IMG/VR virus record: IMGVR_UViG_3300040960_001631
Span: 1-64,000 of that record
Length of the DNA stretch: 64,000 nucleotides
Direction: 5' to 3' (one strand)
From: an uncultured virus (IMG/VR IMGVR_UViG_3300040960_001631)
Lineage: Duplodnaviria; Heunggongvirae; Uroviricota; Caudoviricetes
Both the position numbers and the translations under genes were made by a program. The first letter of the stretch is position 1. Each line of letters starts with the position of its first letter. Below, piece after piece: positions 54,502-61,836 of the stretch. Under the pieces are notes generated by a model. That model was not told the origin of the DNA and did not search any database. It saw only the letters and a program-made list of their open reading frames with translations.

Positions 54502-56596
54502 TAGTTTAGCACAGGAAACTACGTTTAGTGATGGTACTACTGGTACAGTAGATACTTCCTATATCTATGTCTTGCCTGGCGATCCTACTTATCTTGAAGA
54601 AGACAGAACCTACTTTGATCCACTGTTAAACAATAGTGCAAGCAGTTGGAGTGCAACCTCAGGATGCTTAATACAAAGTACAGATAACAATGGCGACGGC
54701 TCGTGGAGCGGAACCAGCGGCGGGCAATGTGCTAACATTGGTACCAACGGCGACGGTGCTATACGTTTTGGTTATACAGCAGCAACCATTAGCCAAACAC
54801 AAGATGTAATTGCTGATGCACTACGCAGTGTAGGGATTGATGTTGTTGGATACTTGTACCAATGGAAAGTTAAAAACTACAACGCAAACGATACAAGTAC
54901 AAATCAAACTGCTTCTCAAGATCCATTAACTGTTACAATAACATTCAAAGACACAGCAGGCAATGAACTATATTCAAGAGAATATGATTACTCGTATAAA
55001 ATAGCAAGCTGGCAACAAAAGAACGGACGGCAGCTATTCCCACAAGCATTTGGTACAGACGAAACAGGTGTTGATACAGTAACAATTGAAGTATACGGAC
55101 AAGATGCAGGTTACTGGGCAGGTTACTGGGGACCAGAATTTAGAGAAGGACAGGTATACGGATTGTATGTTTATCGTCCGCCAGAAGAAGATAATAGTTG
55201 TGACTTAGATCCATTAAGTGATCCTACGTGTCCTGGCTACGCAGATGCACTAGCAGCAGAACAAGATGCACTACTAGAAATGATTGCAAGTTCTAGTACA
55301 GCAGATCCTGCAGGAACAACAGACGATCAAGCGTTCTTACAGTCAGTGCAAGAAACATCAACAGCATCATTAGATGATGGATCAGGAGCATTAGAAGAGG
55401 CATTAGGTGAAACAGTTACAGAAACTCAAACGCAAACTATTGAAGATGTGGGCACTGGGCAAACACAAGAAAGCACACAAGTCGCCGCAGCAAGTGATCC
55501 TACAACATCTGAAGCAGTTGCAGAAGAAGCAGCAATAGAAGAAGCTGTTGAGGAAGTTGCTGCGGTAGAAGAAGTTGCTGCGGTAGAAGAAACAGCGGTA
55601 GAAGAAGCTACAGAAGAAGTGGCACAAGAAGAATCATCAGCGTCTAATGCACCTAGTGCTAATCCTTTGAGTGTAGCAGCAGCCGCAGTTGCAGCAGCAG
55701 ACAACGTAGCAGGCGCAGCAAGTTCAGGAGCAGTTGCAAACTCACAAGCAAGTGTGACAGCCGCAGAACAAACAAGCGCAGATATACAATCTGACATAGC
55801 AGCAGCAGATGCAGTTAACGCAGAACAAACTGCAACAGCAACAGCAGTTGTTGCAGGTTCAACTACAGATATAAACCTTTCTTCAGCTACTACATCAAAC
55901 GTAGTAGGATCAAGTTCAGATACAACTACAAACACTGGCAGCAGCACAACAGGCAGTTCAGACACTAGTGTTGCAAGTACAGGTTCTACAGGATCGCAAG
56001 ATTTTGGATCGCAATCTATGAGCGGAAGCGATGATGGTAGTGGTTCATTAGAAAGTCAAGCAGTTGCAATGGGTACAACAACAGACACAACAACAGACAC
56101 AACAGGTTTACCTAGCAGTTTTGGAGAATCAGGTGCAATGAATGTTGTTATATCGTCTACACCAGGACAATCAAATGATCCAGGAGACACAGGTGGTTTG
56201 ACAATTGAGCTTGTTGTTAATTCTAACTTTGATATTGCAGCCGTAGATAGTGCAATTAACCTTGCTCTTGCTAGAGTACAAGATTTAGAGTCAAGTATTG
56301 TAGAAAACGCAATAGAAGAAAGCACAGAGTCTTTTGAAGATCAAAATGCAAAAGAAGATGCACTAGTTGCAGAAGCACTAGCAGGCACAGACAACGAAGA
56401 TGCTAATGCAGCACTGATGGGTTACAATCCAAACTTTAGAGCATATCAATCAGACGGATTAGCAGACGGAGCATTTTATGCACCTAAAGACATATATGCA
56501 GGGCAACAGAATTATGACAATCCAAATTCTAGATTGTTTAATGGCGCAAGTGATGCATTACATGAGCAAATGGTAAGACAGCAGTATGAAAAATAA
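54431..56596 (+). CDS. Secreted acidic Ser/Thr/Ala-rich protein
   Basis: Signal peptide (SLA-QE); beta-rich domain with GYWAGYWGP; CDLDPLSDPTCPGY; long low-complexity tail. Confidence 0.7.
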   Translation: MTKRKVLLKASLALGLWSCFWASNSLAQETTFSDGTTGTVDTSYIYVLPGDPTYLEEDRTYFDPLLNNSASSWSATSGCLIQSTDNNGDGSWSGTSGGQCANIGTNGDGAIRFGYTAATISQTQDVIADALRSVGIDVVGYLYQWKVKNYNANDTSTNQTASQDPLTVTITFKDTAGNELYSREYDYSYKIASWQQKNGRQLFPQAFGTDETGVDTVTIEVYGQDAGYWAGYWGPEFREGQVYGLYVYRPPEEDNSCDLDPLSDPTCPGYADALAAEQDALLEMIASSSTADPAGTTDDQAFLQSVQETSTASLDDGSGALEEALGETVTETQTQTIEDVGTGQTQESTQVAAASDPTTSEAVAEEAAIEEAVEEVAAVEEVAAVEETAVEEATEEVAQEESSASNAPSANPLSVAAAAVAAADNVAGAASSGAVANSQASVTAAEQTSADIQSDIAAADAVNAEQTATATAVVAGSTTDINLSSATTSNVVGSSSDTTTNTGSSTTGSSDTSVASTGSTGSQDFGSQSMSGSDDGSGSLESQAVAMGTTTDTTTDTTGLPSSFGESGAMNVVISSTPGQSNDPGDTGGLTIELVVNSNFDIAAVDSAINLALARVQDLESSIVENAIEESTESFEDQNAKEDALVAEALAGTDNEDANAALMGYNPNFRAYQSDGLADGAFYAPKDIYAGQQNYDNPNSRLFNGASDALHEQMVRQQYEK

Positions 56597-56607
56597 AGGA
56601 GAGGGCA

Positions 56608-57171
56608 ATGGCTGACAAAGATTTAGGCGAAAGCCTAGAAAATATGGAAGAGGGCATAGAAAATCTAAAGAACAAAGAGTTCCGTGTCCTAGGTATTAAA
56701 GTAACATTTATGACCGCAACAGCAGCACTAAGTTTAGTAGGTGCTGTAATAGGTTCACTATACGGTGGCTTCTTGATGTATCAAAAGATAGAAGAAGCAA
56801 TTGCATTTGTTGACCAACAGCAAGAGTACCAAGAGCTAATGGCAGGTTATGATGATAGAATGACTATTATTGAAACTAAACTTGAAGAAGCAGTAGGTTA
56901 CACAAACGAAATTAAAAACGACCTAAAAGGTGATATACGCAGAATAGAAGGTGTAGTTGACACAGTTGAACGTACATCAAAAGAAACTACTAGAGATGTG
57001 CAAACTGACATTAGAGCATTTAGAACAGAAATGAAAACTCTAGATAGAGAACTACGTGAAGATTTAAAAGTACAAGACAAAGATGTTCGTGACAGAATGG
57101 ATCAAGTTGAGGCTGACTTAATTGAAAAGCTACAGGAGGCACTTGACAACCCATTAAACGATATGAAGTAA
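56608..57171 (+). CDS. Membrane-anchored coiled-coil protein
   Basis: One TM helix then a heptad-rich region; ends ALDNPL. Confidence 0.7.
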   Translation: MADKDLGESLENMEEGIENLKNKEFRVLGIKVTFMTATAALSLVGAVIGSLYGGFLMYQKIEEAIAFVDQQQEYQELMAGYDDRMTIIETKLEEAVGYTNEIKNDLKGDIRRIEGVVDTVERTSKETTRDVQTDIRAFRTEMKTLDRELREDLKVQDKDVRDRMDQVEADLIEKLQEALDNPLNDMK

Positions 57172-57269
57172 TGTGGAGTCATAGAGACACAACAGCAATG
57201 CACTACATATGGCTATTTGTCATATTGCTTGCAATTCTAGGCAGCACTGTGGTTGTATTTTTAGGTTAA
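57171..57269 (+). CDS. 32-aa single-TM peptide (not in ORF track)
   Basis: TAATG coupling; MWSHRDTTAMHYIWLFVILLAILGSTVVVFLG*. Confidence 0.55.
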   Translation: MWSHRDTTAMHYIWLFVILLAILGSTVVVFLG

Positions 57270-57295
57270 ATATCCAAAGACAAGAAAGGGCTTTA

Positions 57296-57838
57296 ATGTC
57301 AAAACTATTAGCATTTTTATGTGCAAGCGTTATCCTATCCGCATGTGGAGCAAAAATAAACGATTCTAAACCTTTACTAACAGCAGCAGAAAAAATAGGA
57401 CTAGAAGAACATAGAGACAGGGCAGAACTACGTGAGTACACAGGCGTAGATCCTGTGCGTACAGAATGGTGTGCAGCGTTTGCTAATGCAGTTCTTAACG
57501 AAAGCGGAATACCAGGAAGCGAAAGCGTAAGTGATGTACCTCTAATGGCACGTTCGTTTCTAACTTGGGGCAATAAAATTAGCAAAGAAGAAATACGTGC
57601 AGGAGATCTTGTTGTATTCCCAAGAGGCAATGCAGGATGGCAAGGACACGTTGGATTTTATATTAGAACAATAGATCGTAACGGTGTTTTATATTATGCT
57701 ATACTTGGCGGCAATCAATCTAACAAAGTTTCAATTGAGCTATATCGTGCTAGTCGTGCGCTAGGCATAAGAAGATCTGAACAACAAATTAGTATGCCTA
57801 CTGAGCTAGATGATTTAACAGTTGACAAAGTACAATAA
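57296..57838 (+). CDS. TIGR02594-type (NlpC/P60/CHAP-like) peptidase, probable lipoprotein
   Basis: WCAAFAN, ARSFLTWG, GDLVVF.RG...GHVGF, LGGNQ; lipobox LSAC with start at MSKLL (57296). Confidence 0.8.
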   Translation: MSKLLAFLCASVILSACGAKINDSKPLLTAAEKIGLEEHRDRAELREYTGVDPVRTEWCAAFANAVLNESGIPGSESVSDVPLMARSFLTWGNKISKEEIRAGDLVVFPRGNAGWQGHVGFYIRTIDRNGVLYYAILGGNQSNKVSIELYRASRALGIRRSEQQISMPTELDDLTVDKVQ

Positions 57839-57854
57839 TCGTGTATAATAAATA
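57822..57854 (+). promoter_or_regulatory. Sigma70-type promoter overlapping a TAAATA box
   Basis: TTGACA (57822-27), 16 bp, TATAAT (57844-49); TAAATA at 57849-54. Confidence 0.65.
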
Positions 57855-57907
57855 GTATGGGCAATTTGCCTATATTTCTAATCTGCAGACAGACACAGGA
57901 GAATTGT

Positions 57908-58441
57908 ATGATTGAAGGATTTAAGTTACCACAGGTAACATTTAAAACACGGGTGCGTGATGAAAGTATTGGCGGCAATAACCCTTATCGTTGGGAAGAT
58001 AAAACTACAGACGATTACTTTAAAGGTAAGCGTGTAGTACTATTTTCGCTCCCTGGAGCATTCACGCCAACTTGTTCTACTTACCAGCTTCCAGGCTTTG
58101 AAGAAAACTACGATAATATTCGTAACCGAGACATCGATGAAATTTATTGTATGAGTGTTAACGATGCATTTGTTATGAATGCTTGGGCAAAGTCACAAGA
58201 CATACAAAATGTAAAAGTTATTCCAGATGGCTCAGGCAACTTTACTCGCTTTATGGGTATGTTGATTGGAAAGAACCATTTAGGCTTTGGTAACCGTTCT
58301 TGGCGTTATATGGCAATCATTAACGATGGTGTTGTTGAAAAGTGGTGGCAAGAACCTGGCATTAACAACGATGGCACCGATGATGATCCATATGTAGAAT
58401 CAACACCAGAAAATTGCATAAAATATCTTGAAAATAGATAA
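57908..58441 (+). CDS. Peroxiredoxin (Prx5/redoxin type)
   Basis: LPGAFTPTCS, SVNDAFVMNAW, PDGSGNFT, RSWRY; AGGAG RBS before ATG 57908. Confidence 0.92.
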   Translation: MIEGFKLPQVTFKTRVRDESIGGNNPYRWEDKTTDDYFKGKRVVLFSLPGAFTPTCSTYQLPGFEENYDNIRNRDIDEIYCMSVNDAFVMNAWAKSQDIQNVKVIPDGSGNFTRFMGMLIGKNHLGFGNRSWRYMAIINDGVVEKWWQEPGINNDGTDDDPYVESTPENCIKYLENR

Positions 58442-59126
58442 AGCACTTATAATTCGCAGACTCCAAGTTCCATTATCTATGGAATATGCACAAATTTGTG
58501 CAGAGTCTTGCGAAAAATATAATCTTCCGTACGAATTTATAGATGCAGTTGAGTTTTTAAACTGCAAAAAAGCATTTCAATCTGTAGGAACCTACAAAAA
58601 CGGAAATTATCATATAAGAGATGGCAACTGTTGTTGTCATGCATCACATATAAAGTGTTGGAAACGGATTATTGAATTAAACAAAGCATGTATAATTTTA
58701 GAACATGATGCAGTAGTAAAGGGTAATGTACGTAATATTGATATACCTGATATGGCTACAGTAACGTTCGGTCATAGAGTTGGTAGTATTGATGACTATA
58801 GTCCACCAGAAGAAGCATACAAATTAGTAAGAATAAAAAGATCATTAGGTGTACATGCTTGTGGCTTAACACCTATAAGTGCAAAATGGTTATGGGAACA
58901 TGCAAGAGACAACGGAGTAAAAGCAGAAGTTGATCATTTATTAATGATGAGACCTCCTACACTATTACCGTTGTATGTATGTGAACCACCTCAAGTAGTA
59001 TGTTGGGAAAGAGTTTCTACTTCTAAATTTACAAAAGATAATTACATAGATGATAGACCTAATGAAACTATAAAAGTTTTTCCAGAATCTATTACTGAAG
59101 GCTGGAAAAAAGGCAAAAAAATATAA
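58428..59126 (+). CDS. Glycosyltransferase family 25-like protein
   Basis: FIDAV, CHASHIKCWKRI, IILEHDA. Confidence 0.7.
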   Translation: MKIDKALIIRRLQVPLSMEYAQICAESCEKYNLPYEFIDAVEFLNCKKAFQSVGTYKNGNYHIRDGNCCCHASHIKCWKRIIELNKACIILEHDAVVKGNVRNIDIPDMATVTFGHRVGSIDDYSPPEEAYKLVRIKRSLGVHACGLTPISAKWLWEHARDNGVKAEVDHLLMMRPPTLLPLYVCEPPQVVCWERVSTSKFTKDNYIDDRPNETIKVFPESITEGWKKGKKI

Positions 59127-59134
59127 AAAAATGG

Positions 59135-59162
59135 TTGACTTTTATTTGTAAGATGTTATATT
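59135..59162 (+). promoter_or_regulatory. Sigma70-type promoter for the candidate ncRNA
   Basis: TTGACT (59135-40), 16 bp, TATATT (59157-62), with TG one base upstream of the -10. Confidence 0.6.
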
Positions 59163-59167
59163 AATAA

Positions 59168-59375
59168 TATAACAAGACGTTGTTATACGGGTTGGCGCTA
59201 ATAATTTCCAATCTAGAGGAAATAGGCGCACTTGGTTAGGGGTAGTGCCCGGCATGTACTACAGAGATGTAGAGTATGCTAACTGCGATACTAAGCAGAA
59301 CCGAGGTTCTAGGCGTAACAGATGAAAGGTATCTAGACGCATAGTTGGAGGTAAACCCAAGTCCTTCACCCACCC
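59168..59375 (+). ncRNA. Candidate ~190-210-nt multi-branched structured RNA
   Basis: Closing helix plus at least seven internal helices, between a promoter and a terminator. Confidence 0.7.
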
Positions 59376-59382
59376 TTAATTT

Positions 59383-59410
59383 AAAGCCCGCCACTGTGCG
59401 GGCTTTTTCT
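59383..59410 (+). terminator. Rho-independent terminator
   Basis: AAAGCCCGC-CACTGT-GCGGGCTTTTT. Confidence 0.85.
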
Positions 59411-59506
59411 TTATTTGATAAATACTTGTGTCTAATAGTGTGCCGCAAGGCGGACTTATGCGGGAACCCACCGCGTAGACCTAGAACGTCAATTAAGGAG
59501 AAAACA

Positions 59507-59890
59507 ATGGGAAGACCAATAAACAAAAGAAAAATAGGCCTTGGCCTAGGAAAAATTGAAGTATCAACTGTAAAATTTGCAGCTGGCGGCGAAGTAACTA
59601 ATGCATGGATTGTGTCACAAAGATCATCTAATAAATTTATTGTATCAGACGGTACTAAAACAGAAACTTGTACACTAGTTAACAAGGCATCAGGTGCATT
59701 AGGTGCTAGCGAATTTAATATTAATGCTGTTTTAGACGACTCTACTGTTGTACAAGTTACCAAACTTTATAATAGAAAAATTCAATATGAAGCAGGCACA
59801 GCTGATGTAGATACTATAAAGTATAATGTTGGACCAGGCGACGAAAACGATGATTCAACAGGAACAGCAACAGTTCCAGTTCAAGACTAA
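59507..59890 (+). CDS. Putative virion structural protein
   Basis: Start MGRPINKRK after AAGGAG (the track ORF from 59345 crosses a terminator); TAAATA at 59419. Confidence 0.65.
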   Translation: MGRPINKRKIGLGLGKIEVSTVKFAAGGEVTNAWIVSQRSSNKFIVSDGTKTETCTLVNKASGALGASEFNINAVLDDSTVVQVTKLYNRKIQYEAGTADVDTIKYNVGPGDENDDSTGTATVPVQD

Positions 59891-59902
59891 TAGGAATAGT
59901 AA

Positions 59903-60856
59903 ATGTCAAAATACGTAAAAACCAGTGGTGATTTTACGATAAAGACATCTTCTGGTGGTACCATAAAATTGGACACAGGCGGTGAAGTAGGTTTAGTTTG
60001 GGTAACCGGCGACCTACGAGTCCAAGGTACCACTACTACTGTTCAGTCAACTGATGTAACAATAACCGACAACATAATAGAATTAAATGCTGGCGAAACA
60101 TCAGGCTCTGTTACACTAGGTTCATCAGGTATAAGAATTGTTAGAGATGTAAATCCTGGCGCCGACGCTTATTGGGCTTATCACGACGATACACCTGATC
60201 CTATAAATGGAAGAGGTTTATGGAGAGCACGACACGATAGCGGCGATTTTGTAGGTATTGCAACTAATCATATTAATACTAGCGGAAGTAATTTATATCT
60301 AATTAATTCTAATAGCGGTGTTGTTACAGTTGGAACAAGTCTTAATTATGAAAATAGGGTAACTGATCCTAATCACGTACCTAATAAAAAATATGTAGAT
60401 GATTCTATTTCAACTGCATTTGCAACAGTTCTCCTACCACAAATTGGTGATGGTGTATTAACACCGTCTGGTATTGTTGTAAGAGATGAAGAAACTACAG
60501 GTGTAGATAGTCGCATCGATTTTTCAATCGATAATACTTTAGTTGCACAATTATTTTCCGATGGTTGGGAATTTACTGACATAAGGATTAGTGGTACAAC
60601 TATTGAAACTATGACTACCGATGCCGACGATTTACTTTTAAGAGCATGGGGCGACGGTTCTGTAAGAATTGAAGATACATTGTTAATTAATAAAGTACCT
60701 TCAGGTTATACTCCTAGTGTTCCAGACGATGGCGTTAAAGTATATACATCAAACGAATACACAGGCAATACAGGAATATATTTCGTAAATGAGAACGAAA
60801 CTAGAGATGAATTAGTAAGTAAAAATAGATCTTTACTTTTTAGTATGATATTTTAA
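59903..60856 (+). CDS. Putative virion structural/fibre-related protein
   Basis: VTGDLRVQGTTTTVQSTDVTITDNIIELN resembles a segment of the 1490-3391 fibre; PNKKYVD motif. Confidence 0.6.
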   Translation: MSKYVKTSGDFTIKTSSGGTIKLDTGGEVGLVWVTGDLRVQGTTTTVQSTDVTITDNIIELNAGETSGSVTLGSSGIRIVRDVNPGADAYWAYHDDTPDPINGRGLWRARHDSGDFVGIATNHINTSGSNLYLINSNSGVVTVGTSLNYENRVTDPNHVPNKKYVDDSISTAFATVLLPQIGDGVLTPSGIVVRDEETTGVDSRIDFSIDNTLVAQLFSDGWEFTDIRISGTTIETMTTDADDLLLRAWGDGSVRIEDTLLINKVPSGYTPSVPDDGVKVYTSNEYTGNTGIYFVNENETRDELVSKNRSLLFSMIF

Positions 60857-60865
60857 GGAACAACA

Positions 60866-61231
60866 ATGGCAATAATAAATGCTCAATTAAAAACAACTCC
60901 TACAGAAATACTCGACCCAACGGGTGTAGGAGTACCTGTAGGCGCAGTTCCTACAGGTAAATCATATGCAATTACAAATATTTTAGTTTGTAATACTAAC
61001 TTAGTAGATGATGCAACATTTGATATGCATCTTATACCATCTGGCGATCCTTTAGACAACGCAGTTACAGCAGTTGTTAGAAGTTTAACACTTCCACCAG
61101 GAGAAACTTTTACATTTGATTCAGAAAGAATAATTTTAGAAGAAGGTGATAAAATTAGTTTTGTTGCAACACCAGATATTGGCAGTGGCTTAACTAATCT
61201 TGCAGCAACAGTAAGTTATTTGGAAGTATAA
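60866..61231 (+). CDS. Putative structural protein
   Basis: 121 aa, beta-rich, in the late operon. Confidence 0.55.
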   Translation: MAIINAQLKTTPTEILDPTGVGVPVGAVPTGKSYAITNILVCNTNLVDDATFDMHLIPSGDPLDNAVTAVVRSLTLPPGETFTFDSERIILEEGDKISFVATPDIGSGLTNLAATVSYLEV

Positions 61232-61809
61232 TGAGATTATTAAAAGCACAGAACACAAATCTTAGAAGTATTACTGGCAAGGGCGTTAAATATGATGTTG
61301 ACGATCAAGTAATAGTTGATAGTGAACGTGCTATGATTGTTCCAAAAGGTCCTTATAACGAACAACCTGGATTTGCAGGCGATTTTACTTATCCTGCTGT
61401 TATTACCGCAGCAAATGAAGGCCAAATTAGATATAATACAACAGACAATCAATTAGAGGCATATCAAAACGGGGCTTGGCGAGAAATAAGATTCAAGGAG
61501 CCTAATCAAGATCCTGGAATAGTTTGGCAAAACTTAGGTGTTGGAGATGCAACCGAAACTGTATTCGGTGAATTAAACAGCGGAGATGCAGATTATCCAT
61601 ATCCAGAATCAGCAGAGCATATTATTGTTCTTATAGAGAACGTTATCCAAATACCTGTTACAAACTATGAAATAAAACAAACAGCACAAGTTGATCTAAC
61701 AGGTCCAAATGCTCCTTATACAGCAACTGGAACAGGTTGGTGGATTGAATTTACAAGTGCAGTTCCATTAGGCAAACCTGTAACCGTAATCCACAACTTA
61801 GACAAATAA
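61231..61809 (+). CDS. Putative structural protein
   Basis: GQIRYNTTDNQLEAYQNGAW motif common in virion fibre/neck proteins. Confidence 0.6.
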   Translation: MRLLKAQNTNLRSITGKGVKYDVDDQVIVDSERAMIVPKGPYNEQPGFAGDFTYPAVITAANEGQIRYNTTDNQLEAYQNGAWREIRFKEPNQDPGIVWQNLGVGDATETVFGELNSGDADYPYPESAEHIIVLIENVIQIPVTNYEIKQTAQVDLTGPNAPYTATGTGWWIEFTSAVPLGKPVTVIHNLDK

Positions 61810-61836
61810 AATAAATACAGTATCGGGAGATACTGA

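Noticed and set aside
42716..56325. Long minus-strand ORFs (42716-43651, 47379-48182, 53367-53843, 55426-55965)
   Set aside because: Ser- or Val/Leu-rich mirrors produced by low-complexity sense-strand codons.
39450..59197. Shared GGTTGGCG at the 5' ends of both candidate ncRNAs
   Set aside because: An 8-mer match is expected by chance in 64 kb, and I saw no further similarity.
59189..59375. tRNA or tmRNA
   Set aside because: No TTCRA T-loop, no cloverleaf and no tag reading frame recognised.
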